From NCBI GenBank assembly GCA_029939895.1, contig JAOZSB010000001.1:1-49287 (forward strand): a stretch of 49,287 nucleotides of DNA. The letters are read 5' to 3'. The notes under the pieces were generated by a model. It made no database searches, was not told the DNA's origin, and saw only the letters and a list, made by a program, of their open reading frames with translations. Positions 1 to 8,171 of the stretch are shown piece by piece; position 1 is the stretch's first letter, and each line of letters opens with the position of its first letter. Origin of the DNA: Desulfobacterales bacterium (GTDB taxonomy: Bacteria > Desulfobacterota > Desulfobacteria > Desulfobacterales > JAOZSB01). A program made the position numbers and the translations under genes.

Positions 1-520
1 ATTTAGAAAAGAATATCACAACATATAGGTATTAGTCAATAGAAAAATTCAATATGTGGGCATTTACAGGTTTTGAAGTCACAATCCATATAAAATTTAT
101 GCTGCTGTAGATTGGAAAATCCAAAAATTATTTTGCTATAGATGCTGACTATAAAAGGGTTTACAGCGATCAGCCATGGCCAGTTCCGGGGCTGGTTTTG
201 GTGGTAAAGTCTGTCAAAAAAAATTTGAAAAGGTCATCAAAAAAAGCTCAGATACACAATATTATGATATTTTTTTTAATAGAAGCGCAATATAAAGTAG
301 GTCTATTGATAATCGGAAAACTATTGCATATTTAATTTGACAATGCCCTTGCTTTGGGTTCTTAATTCCATTTTGGTATTCATTTTGTTATTCATTTTTG
401 GTACTCTTTTTAATATCCAGGTGATAGCTGCGTGGCTAGGGATACTGAGTTTTGATCTGGTTCAGGGCAGAAATTTCAGTTTCCTCTGCAAATTTTCAAA
501 TGACTTATACAGGTGTATAA

Positions 521-1333
521 ATGGAAAAACTTCTCGAAAAATCTTACAAGGCAATGTTCCCTTTCAGGCTTGCCTGCCCGTCATTCATATACCCGGCTGA
601 TATTGTACCCAATGTTGAAAAGCTTGGGGCGTATCTTGATGAGATCGAGATTATAGCATTTGAATCAAAAAAAGAGAGCCTGCCGTCAAGGGGGGCGATA
701 GCTCGGCTGCTGGAGCTGAAGCAGGAGCATGGCCTGGAGTATAATATCCACCTGCCAATAGATATATCCATATCTTCCACCCAGGAAAGTAAGAGGATTG
801 AGTCCGCAGGAATTCACGCTGAAATTATTGATCTGTTTGCGCCCCTGCATCCAACAACCCACACCCTGCATGTGCCTTTTGATGGTGCTAAGGATAAAGC
901 GGGTAACGCTGAATTTGATGAGGAGTGGAAGGAAAGAGCACTTGAGGGGCTTTATCTTGTTCGGGAACAGGTTGCAGAACCCAGTGCAGTATCTGTGGAG
1001 ACGCTTGACTATCCCTTTGAATGGATAGTTGAGGAGGTTGTGGACGCTGGATTTTCAATCTGTCTTGATATGGGCCATATGGTTTGTTTTGGGTTTGATT
1101 TTGAAAATTTTTTTATCAGGCACAGGGAAGCCGTGACCATCATCCATCTTCATGGAGTAAATCAGGGCAGAGGGCAGAACAAAGATCACGTTGCTTTATC
1201 GGTTATGCCTCAGGAGTTCAGGAGCAGGATCGCAAAACTCCTTATGAATTTCAATGGCTCGCTTTCTCTGGAGGTTTTCTCCTTTGAAAATCTTATTGAG
1301 TCGCTTGTGGTGCTGGAAAAAACGTTTTTATAA
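521..1333 (+). CDS. Xylose-isomerase-like TIM-barrel / AP-endonuclease-2 family protein, possibly a CbiR-like cobamide-remodelling phosphodiesterase
   Basis: 270-aa ORF. The N-terminus (FRLACPSFIYPADIVPNVEKL...EIEIIAFES) and later HLH/DMGH-type metal-ligand-like motifs resemble this fold. The family assignment is from memory of the family, not from a search. Confidence 0.5.
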   Translation: MEKLLEKSYKAMFPFRLACPSFIYPADIVPNVEKLGAYLDEIEIIAFESKKESLPSRGAIARLLELKQEHGLEYNIHLPIDISISSTQESKRIESAGIHAEIIDLFAPLHPTTHTLHVPFDGAKDKAGNAEFDEEWKERALEGLYLVREQVAEPSAVSVETLDYPFEWIVEEVVDAGFSICLDMGHMVCFGFDFENFFIRHREAVTIIHLHGVNQGRGQNKDHVALSVMPQEFRSRIAKLLMNFNGSLSLEVFSFENLIESLVVLEKTFL

Positions 1334-1624
1334 TGGTGAGTTAAAAAAACGTTATATTTAAGGTTGTTGAATTCAGCTCAAATGGACCTGGGCGTTACCT
1401 GGGGTATTGCATGCGGATTTCGGTCGCTGAAAGCTTGTTTGTTGCTCAAAAAAAACTTTATATTCTAATCAAAAATGAGATGGAAATGAGGGAAAAATTA
1501 TTGTTAAAGCAAGCGTTTTTTTCAACTCTTTGATTTTATGTTGTATTTTGCAGGTAAAAACACATGTGTATTGCTGGGGGGCAGGCAGACTGACCATATA
1601 AAATTATTACTGTCAAAAATATGG

Positions 1625-1653
1625 TTGACGAATCCATAACACAGTAGTATAAG
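1625..1653 (+). promoter_or_regulatory. Candidate sigma70-type promoter for the che operon (TTGACG-N17-TATAAG)
   Basis: Hexamers read directly at 1625-1630 and 1648-1653, about 160 nt upstream of the cheA ATG. Confidence 0.4.
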
Positions 1654-1810
1654 AATTTATGCACAAATTTTATTCTTTCATTATGAAAGAAGACTGACAT
1701 AGCCCAGAAGGGTACTTATAGATTGCAAGGTGACTATTATCACGGTTTCTGTTGTTAAAGCAGGGATTTGTAAGTTTATTATAACGAGTATCTATCACTA
1801 GGAGGCGATT

Positions 1811-4800
1811 ATGATTTTTGAAGACGACGAAACCTTACAGATGTACGTGGAAGAGTCGTTAGAGCATTTATCAACCATTGAAAATGACCTGCTCATAATT
1901 GAAGAGAGCGGAGCAAATATTGACGAAGATCTTGTTAATAATGTGTTCCGGGCTGCTCACTCCATAAAGGGCGGAGCTGGTTTCATGGGCCTCACAGGCA
2001 TTAAAGAGCTTGCCCACTGGTTGGAAAATATCCTCGGCATGATGCGTAGTCGTGAGATGATCCCCACTCCGAGTATCGTCAGTAATCTGCTTAATGGTTT
2101 TGATAAGCTTGAAGAGCTTATCAATAATATAGAGCAGAGCAATGAAATTGATATTGAAGAACATCTGACCACACTGAAGGGCCTGACAGAAGACTCATTG
2201 CCTGAAGAAGAAAAGGCAGCCGTTACCACCATGAAAGATATTCTGAACATGAATGGACAGCGGGTCTTTACTGTGATAGAGCTTGACATCCTTCAGCACA
2301 AAAAACAGGGTAAATTTCTGTACCTGCTCGAATACGACATGATTAATGACATCCAGCGAAAGGGTACAACCCCAATGGCGGTTATCTCCGGTCTCCAGAA
2401 CAGCGGAGTTATCCTTGAATCAAGGATCGACATCGGGGCGGTTGGCCTGCTTACAACAGATGTGCCGACCAGAATACCTTTCCTGGTTCTGTTTGCATCA
2501 CTTGTAGAGCCAAAGATTGCTCCGACGCTGGCAGATATAGATGCTTCCCAGATTACAGAAATTATAGACGAAATGATTGTTAAGCCCGAAGAAGGTGTTG
2601 GGCTTGTTCAGGATAAGGTCTCGAAAATAGTCGAGGTTGCAGCTCCGGCTGCAGCTCCGCCACCACCTGAACCAGTTGCGGCAGCGCCACCACCGCCACC
2701 ACCACCGCCCCCTCCGCCACCGCCATCATCACCCCCCAAGCCTAAATCTGCGGCGGCAGCAGCAGAGGCTCAAAAGCCCAAACCTGAGGTTAAGCAGGCT
2801 GCACCGCAAACATCTTTGCGTGTTAATGTAAGTCTTCTTGATACCCTCATGAACCTGGCTGGTGAAATGGTTCTGTCACGGAACCAGCTTATACAATCCA
2901 TATCCGATGCAAATCCGCGGGCACAGGAAGCTGCCTGCCAGAAGATAGACCTTGTGACTTCTGAACTTCAGGAAGCCATCATGCGAACCCGCATGCAGTC
3001 TATCAATAATGTTTTCAGTAAGTTCCCCAGGGTTGTTCGTGACCTTGCAAAGAGTTTGAAAAAAGAAATTGACCTCAGGATGGAAGGTAAAGAGGTTGAG
3101 CTTGACAAGACAATCATTGAGGCTATCAGCGATCCTTTGACGCATCTTGTTCGAAACTCTGTTGATCACGGTATTGAAACCCCGGATGTGCGTCATGCTC
3201 TTGGTAAGAACGCCACGGGTAAGGTGCTTCTACGAGCCTATCATGAAGCCGGGCAGGTCAACATCGAGATAGAGGATGATGGCGGCGGGCTTGATCCAGA
3301 CAAATTGTCATTAAAAGCTCTTGAAAAGGGACTCCTCAACGAGCAGCAGCTTGATGAGATGTCGGAAAAAGAAAAACACAAACTAATTTTTCTACCAGGC
3401 TTTTCAACGGCTGCGGAGGTTACAGATGTTTCCGGCAGGGGCGTTGGAATGGACGTTGTAAAAACGAACCTCGACAAGCTGGGTGGAGAACTTGATATTG
3501 AATCCAACGTTGGTTCGGGAACCTTGATCAGGATTAAACTCCCCCTGACCCTGGCCATTATACCTTCACAGATAATAGAAGTGGGCAGTGAAAAGTACGC
3601 TATCCCCCAGGTCAACCTGAGCGAACTTCTACGCATTCCTCCATCCCAGCTCAAGGAAAAAATTGAGAAGGTTGGCGGTGCGGAAGTTGTAAGGTTAAGG
3701 GGAAATCTTCTGCCGCTAGTAAATCTGGCAGATGTACTTGATATTCCCAGGACATATAATGACCCTGAAACTGGTGAGGTAATGCCGGAACGCCGGATGC
3801 AGGTGGCAGACAGGCGCAGTAAATCAAGTCCGCTGCACAAGGGTTCACCCCGGTCTATTCTCAAAACAGATGAAGATGATTATGACCGTACAGTGGCCAA
3901 GAAAGACAGGCGCTTCCATTCTGGCAGTGCAATCAATATAGCCGTTGTAACGGCAGGCACCTTTAAGTACGGCCTTGTAGTTGACAGGCTTCGTGATTCC
4001 GAAGAAATTGTTGTTAAGCCCCTTGGCAGGCATTTGAAGGATTGTCAGGGTTACGCAGGAGCCACAATCATGGGTGACGGTAAAGTTGCCTTGATCCTTG
4101 ATGTTGCTGGTGTTGCCAAGATGAGCGAACTGACATCCATGGAAAGCAGCGACAGAGTTCAGGAAGTTGCAAGGGACGCAAGAGCAGCAGAAAAAGCCAG
4201 ACAGGACAGAGCATCACTGCTGCTGTTTAGAAATGATCCTGAAGAGCAGTTCTCTGTACCAATCGGGCTTGTGGAAAGGATAGAAAGGATCAATGTTGAC
4301 GATATTGAGGCTGTCGGCGGCAAAAGGGTTATCCAGTACCGTGGGGGTTCCCTGCCTTTGATTTCACTGGCTGAGGTAACGGAAGTTAAGCCGATTCCAG
4401 AGAAAAAACAGCTTGAGGTTATTGTTTTTCGTCTCACTGGAAAGGAAGTCGGGCTACTTGCATCACCGCCTGTAGATGCTGTTGATACTGCCATTGCCAT
4501 TGACTCCAATACATTAAAGCAGGCTGGTATTATTGGCTCTACTATTATCGGAGAGCATACTACATTGATGGTCGATATTTTTGAAGTGGCAAGGCTGTTT
4601 AATCCTGAATGGTTTGATAAGGAAGAAAACGATCAAATCAGCGCTTCTGGAAAACAATCTACGATTCTTTTTGCAGAGGATTCCAATTTTTTCCGTAAAC
4701 AGGTCAAGGGTTTTCTGGAGGATGATGGTTATATTATTCTTGAAGCCAGAGACGGACAGGTTGCCTGGGATATCCTCCAGGAAAAACATAAAGAGATTGA

Positions 4801-5020
4801 TATTATACTCACAGACCTTGAAATGCCAAACATGGATGGCTTTGAACTTACCGAGAAGGTTAAAGGTGATGACAGGTATAACCATTTTACCGTTATTGCA
4901 CTCACGTCCCTTGCAAGTGACGAAAATATGGCCAAGGGCAAGGCTTCTGGAATTGATAATTACATGATAAAGCTTGAACGTGAGAAACTTCTGGAATGTT
5001 TAAACGGTTACCTTAGCTAA
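1811..5020 (+). CDS. cheA: Hybrid chemotaxis histidine kinase CheA (HPt, dimerisation, HATPase, two CheW-like domains, C-terminal receiver)
   Basis: AGGAGG RBS at 1800-1805. HPt motif FRAAHSIKGGAG, N-box HLVRNSVDHGIE, G1 DDGGGLD, G2 GRGVGMDVV. Two CheW-like segments and a receiver motif DIILTDLEMPNMDG. Confidence 0.93.
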   Translation: MIFEDDETLQMYVEESLEHLSTIENDLLIIEESGANIDEDLVNNVFRAAHSIKGGAGFMGLTGIKELAHWLENILGMMRSREMIPTPSIVSNLLNGFDKLEELINNIEQSNEIDIEEHLTTLKGLTEDSLPEEEKAAVTTMKDILNMNGQRVFTVIELDILQHKKQGKFLYLLEYDMINDIQRKGTTPMAVISGLQNSGVILESRIDIGAVGLLTTDVPTRIPFLVLFASLVEPKIAPTLADIDASQITEIIDEMIVKPEEGVGLVQDKVSKIVEVAAPAAAPPPPEPVAAAPPPPPPPPPPPPPSSPPKPKSAAAAAEAQKPKPEVKQAAPQTSLRVNVSLLDTLMNLAGEMVLSRNQLIQSISDANPRAQEAACQKIDLVTSELQEAIMRTRMQSINNVFSKFPRVVRDLAKSLKKEIDLRMEGKEVELDKTIIEAISDPLTHLVRNSVDHGIETPDVRHALGKNATGKVLLRAYHEAGQVNIEIEDDGGGLDPDKLSLKALEKGLLNEQQLDEMSEKEKHKLIFLPGFSTAAEVTDVSGRGVGMDVVKTNLDKLGGELDIESNVGSGTLIRIKLPLTLAIIPSQIIEVGSEKYAIPQVNLSELLRIPPSQLKEKIEKVGGAEVVRLRGNLLPLVNLADVLDIPRTYNDPETGEVMPERRMQVADRRSKSSPLHKGSPRSILKTDEDDYDRTVAKKDRRFHSGSAINIAVVTAGTFKYGLVVDRLRDSEEIVVKPLGRHLKDCQGYAGATIMGDGKVALILDVAGVAKMSELTSMESSDRVQEVARDARAAEKARQDRASLLLFRNDPEEQFSVPIGLVERIERINVDDIEAVGGKRVIQYRGGSLPLISLAEVTEVKPIPEKKQLEVIVFRLTGKEVGLLASPPVDAVDTAIAIDSNTLKQAGIIGSTIIGEHTTLMVDIFEVARLFNPEWFDKEENDQISASGKQSTILFAEDSNFFRKQVKGFLEDDGYIILEARDGQVAWDILQEKHKEIDIILTDLEMPNMDGFELTEKVKGDDRYNHFTVIALTSLASDENMAKGKASGIDNYMIKLEREKLLECLNGYLS

Positions 5021-5037
5021 TCACGGGGAGGATATAA

Positions 5038-5481
5038 ATGGAGGAACAATCAACTGGCCCAGAGGTGCTTGAGTTTGCAACCTTTTACATTGGGGATGCA
5101 CTTTGCGGGATTGATATTCTCAGGATTCAGGAGATTAACAAGCAGGTCAAGGTTACATGGACACCACAGGGGCCTGATTATGTGCTTGGAGTGCTCAACC
5201 TGAGAGGAAGAATAGTTACGGTTATAGATCTGGGTAGAAAATTGGGCCTTAGTCCAATTGAATCAGGAAAAAATAATCGTAATATTATTGTCGAGTCCCA
5301 GGATGAACACATTGGGCTTATGGTAGATAGTATCAGCGATGTTCTGATTGCGGAGTCCGACAGAATTGAAGCAGCTCCTGCAAATATCGGGGGGCTTCAG
5401 GGTAGTTTTTTTGATGGAGTATATAAAACAGAAAGAAATCTGATTGGAATTCTTAATGTTGATGATGTACTAAAGGAATAG
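5038..5481 (+). CDS. cheW: Chemotaxis coupling protein CheW
   Basis: 147 aa, typical single CheW domain (FYIGDALCGIDILRIQEI...LNLRGRIVTVIDL). Lies directly after cheA with a GGAGG RBS. Confidence 0.9.
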   Translation: MEEQSTGPEVLEFATFYIGDALCGIDILRIQEINKQVKVTWTPQGPDYVLGVLNLRGRIVTVIDLGRKLGLSPIESGKNNRNIIVESQDEHIGLMVDSISDVLIAESDRIEAAPANIGGLQGSFFDGVYKTERNLIGILNVDDVLKE

Positions 5482-5579
5482 CCTTGAAGTATTGGAGTGC
5501 AATTTAGCAAAATTAAATTTGATTGGTATCAAGGCATTTACCGTTGGTTGGTACTTTTTGTTGACTTGTATAAATTTGT

Positions 5580-5624
5580 AAAAAAAACAATGGATGGCTA
5601 ATAGCTGTTTCCGTTGTTTTTTTT
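5580..5624 (+). terminator. A8/T8-flanked hairpin between cheW and cheB (weak intrinsic terminator or attenuator candidate)
   Basis: AAAAAAAACAATGGA pairs with TCCGTTGTTTTTTTT: 15 bp including one G-U, with a 15-nt loop. It is mostly A-U pairs, so stability is modest. Confidence 0.3.
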
Positions 5625-5647
5625 AAAAAAAAACCGGAATTATTCAA

Positions 5648-6721
5648 ATGTCTGACCTTAAAGCTTTGGTGGTTGATGATACCATCTTATATAGAAAAAT
5701 TGTAAGTGATGTTATAGCAGGACTTCCTGGGATTGAAGTTGCCGGGACAGCCAATAATGGCAAGGTTGCCTTGAGTAAAATTAAATCCCTGAAGCCCGAT
5801 GTTGTTACGCTTGACATAGAAATGCCTGTGATGAGTGGCATTGAGGTGCTTGAAAATATACAAGATATGAAAAATCCACCTCGGATTATCATGTTAAGTA
5901 CCCTGACCTTCAAGGGCGGGGAGATGACTATCAGGGCTTTGGAGCTGGGGGCATTTGATTTTATCCCCAAACCATTGTCCGGCACTATGGCGGAGAACAA
6001 AAAGTCTGTTCTCGATGCGCTGGAACCAATTGTTAAGACGCTGGGGCGGCAGTCTCTTAAACAATCACCATCTTTAAAAAAGCCGGCAGTCAGCAGGGTT
6101 GTTCCGCGAAAAACAAAAGCTCCTTCAGGCGGGTTGCTTACAAAGCCAGAGGTTATAGCAATAGGGATTTCAACGGGTGGGCCAAATGCACTGGCAAAGA
6201 TGATGCCGGCCTTGCCCAGGGATCTGAGTGTGCCTGTGGTGATTGTTCAGCACATGCCACCTCTTTTTACACAATCATTGGCAAAAAGCCTTGATTCCAA
6301 ATGTGCCATTACTGTGAAAGAGGCAAGTGATGGTGATGAAATGAAGCCGGGTATGGCTTTCATAGCACCAGGTGGCAAGCAAATGAAGGTTATGCGTGGT
6401 GGGCCAGGTAAGAATGGAGTGATAAAAATCACAGATGATCCACCAGAGAACAGTTGCAAGCCTTCTGCGGATTTCCTTTTCAGATCCGTTGCATCCCAGT
6501 TTGCAAGCAAGGCTGCGGGTGTTATTATGACCGGCATGGGAAACGATGGTTCAAAGGGATTGCAGATAATGAAAAATAAGGGGGCGGTCATAATCGCACA
6601 GGACGAGCCTTCTTGCACTGTATATGGTATGCCCAAGGAGCCTATAGAGACAGGAGTGGCTGATATCGTGACTCCACTAAGTCTTATTGCCAGCGAAATC
6701 ATAAAAACTGTAAAAAAATAA
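5648..6721 (+). CDS. cheB: Protein-glutamate methylesterase/deamidase CheB (receiver plus esterase)
   Basis: Receiver motifs ALVVDD and DVVTLDIEMPVMSG. Esterase motifs GISTGGP, QHMP and GMGNDG. Confidence 0.93.
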   Translation: MSDLKALVVDDTILYRKIVSDVIAGLPGIEVAGTANNGKVALSKIKSLKPDVVTLDIEMPVMSGIEVLENIQDMKNPPRIIMLSTLTFKGGEMTIRALELGAFDFIPKPLSGTMAENKKSVLDALEPIVKTLGRQSLKQSPSLKKPAVSRVVPRKTKAPSGGLLTKPEVIAIGISTGGPNALAKMMPALPRDLSVPVVIVQHMPPLFTQSLAKSLDSKCAITVKEASDGDEMKPGMAFIAPGGKQMKVMRGGPGKNGVIKITDDPPENSCKPSADFLFRSVASQFASKAAGVIMTGMGNDGSKGLQIMKNKGAVIIAQDEPSCTVYGMPKEPIETGVADIVTPLSLIASEIIKTVKK

Positions 6722-6767
6722 AAAAAGTTCAGATCGTCATCACAAAAAAAAGGGTTCGGTAACGCTT

Positions 6768-7610
6768 ATGCTTAAGATATCACCGCCGGAATTCAAAGAA
6801 CTTGCAAAATATATTTTCGAGATTTCTGGAATCAGTCTCCAGACAGGGAAAGAATACCTGATAGAGACAAGGCTTAATCCTCTCGTCGAAGCAGCAGAAT
6901 GCAAAAATTACAGCGAATTTCATAGAAAGGCAAAGGCTGACCGTACCAAAAAACTGGAAAAAGATATAGTAGATGCGATTTCAACCAATGAAACATATTT
7001 CTTCAGGGATGGCAGCCCGTTTCAGTTGCTCCAGCATAAGCTTGTGCCAGATGTAATTGACCGAAAATCTAAATTATCCAGCAGAATGCAGGTTCCTATC
7101 CGCATCTGGAGTGCTGCGTGTTCTTCAGGTCAGGAAGTTTACAGCATAGCAATCACCCTGAAAGAACTTCTGGGTGACCTGTCAGGCTACAACATCAAGA
7201 TCCTTGGTACGGACATTTCCAACGCTGTTATCACCCAGGCCAGCTACGGCAGGTATAATAAGTTTGAAGTGGGCAGAGGGCTTACACCGGTAAAGACGAC
7301 TAAATATTTCAATAAGGACGGAGATTTCTGGAGAATCAAGGATGAGATTCGCTCCCTGGCAACCTTCAGGAAAATTAACCTAATGCAGCCATTTGTGGGG
7401 CTTGGCAAATTTGATATTGTCTTCTTCAGGAATGTGGCGATTTATTTTACCCAGGAAGACCGGAACAAGCTCTACGAAAAGATTGCAGGAGTCCTGGAGC
7501 CGCAGGGCGTGCTGGTTATTGGATCGACGGAATCTCTGGCTAACGATACAAAGCTGTTTGCACCGCAGAAATATCTGAAGTCGGTATATTACGAGCCCAA
7601 GAAAAAGTAA
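6768..7610 (+). CDS. cheR: Chemotaxis protein methyltransferase CheR
   Basis: ETYFFRD motif and SAM-binding IWSAACSSGQEVYSIA. 280 aa. Confidence 0.92.
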   Translation: MLKISPPEFKELAKYIFEISGISLQTGKEYLIETRLNPLVEAAECKNYSEFHRKAKADRTKKLEKDIVDAISTNETYFFRDGSPFQLLQHKLVPDVIDRKSKLSSRMQVPIRIWSAACSSGQEVYSIAITLKELLGDLSGYNIKILGTDISNAVITQASYGRYNKFEVGRGLTPVKTTKYFNKDGDFWRIKDEIRSLATFRKINLMQPFVGLGKFDIVFFRNVAIYFTQEDRNKLYEKIAGVLEPQGVLVIGSTESLANDTKLFAPQKYLKSVYYEPKKK

Positions 7611-7647
7611 CAGACCATCTTTAAATTTTCATTGACCGATAGAAGCT

Positions 7648-7675
7648 GGATCGCATTTTATAGAAAATGCGATCC
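7648..7675. terminator. Perfect 12-bp hairpin between convergent cheR and the ABM gene (candidate bidirectional terminator)
   Basis: GGATCGCATTTT-ATAG-AAAATGCGATCC read directly. It overlaps the stop codon and last codons of the minus-strand ORF. No long U-tract on either side. Confidence 0.45.
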
Positions 7676-7957
7676 CATATCAAATTCTTCATATTCAGTC
7701 GGTTTTTCCTGATAAATCTCCAACATCTGAACAAAGGTGTTTCTGGCATCACTTTGTTTCCAGGCCTTCCAGTTTTGCATCCGTTCCCATGTCCCTACAA
7801 CCACGACCTGCTGCGGATTGCTGGAATCGCTCATGGTTTCGCCGGAAATGTATCCGGGTTGCAGCATGGCCTCGGATCGGAATCTGCTCAAAAGAGTTTT
7901 TATCTCCCTGGCACTTCCTTCCCTGAATGTCCGTTTGATTAAAATTTTAACTGCCAT
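7658..7957 (-). CDS. Antibiotic-biosynthesis-monooxygenase (ABM) domain protein
   Basis: 99 aa, with the size and ferredoxin-like pattern typical of ABM/dimeric alpha-beta barrel proteins (ILIKRTF...GYISGE...VVVVGTWERMQNWKAW). Confidence 0.6.
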   Translation of the reverse strand: MAVKILIKRTFREGSAREIKTLLSRFRSEAMLQPGYISGETMSDSSNPQQVVVVGTWERMQNWKAWKQSDARNTFVQMLEIYQEKPTEYEEFDMGSHFL

Positions 7958-8130
7958 AATAACCTCCTTATAAGGGTGAAATTAATAACGAAGTCAGGCG
8001 GTTATTCCATAACCAAAGGTCTGGTTGTGAAATAAGTAAAAATTTACAATCAAGTTCATTCCTGTTTATTTGATATTGCTTATAATTTATTATTGCCGAT
8101 TTTAAGGTTTTAGTCAACCTTGAGACAAAT

Positions 8131-8160
8131 CCCGTTCCGAGGCTTAAGCCTCGGAACGGG
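8131..8160 (-). terminator. Stem-loop downstream of glnS (13-bp perfect stem, TTAA loop)
   Basis: CCCGTTCCGAGGC-TTAA-GCCTCGGAACGGG lies 11 nt after the glnS stop. The following sequence on the minus strand (ATTTGTCTC) is only moderately U-rich. Confidence 0.6.
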
Positions 8161-8171
8161 AAGTAATAAAG

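Noticed and set aside
380-520. Possible cobalamin riboswitch ahead of the CbiR-like gene
   Set aside because: I looked for a B12-box-like core (GCCACTG-type) and the conserved GGTG/AATC/GGGAA elements and could not find them. There is no supportable riboswitch call without a covariance-model search.
337-600. 87-aa hydrophobic ORF upstream of and overlapping the TIM-barrel gene
   Set aside because: It has no Shine-Dalgarno sequence. It overlaps the better-supported 521-1333 CDS in another frame. Its composition reflects T-rich intergenic DNA. I treated 1-520 as non-coding.
1334-1810. Sigma28 (TAAA-N15-GCCGATAA) or sigma54 (TGGCAC-N5-TTGC) promoter for the che operon
   Set aside because: I scanned the leader by eye and found no acceptable match. 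The only GCCGATAA-like string in the window is inside rny, and the TGGCAC-like strings have the wrong spacing or are intragenic.
3241-3864. 207-aa antisense ORF inside cheA, with many similar antisense or alternate-frame ORFs inside ftsI, murF, murD, ftsZ, atpA, atpD, rny and tyrS
   Set aside because: These are shadow ORFs fully embedded in strongly supported genes. They have low-complexity Ser/Pro/Arg-rich translations and no independent start signals.
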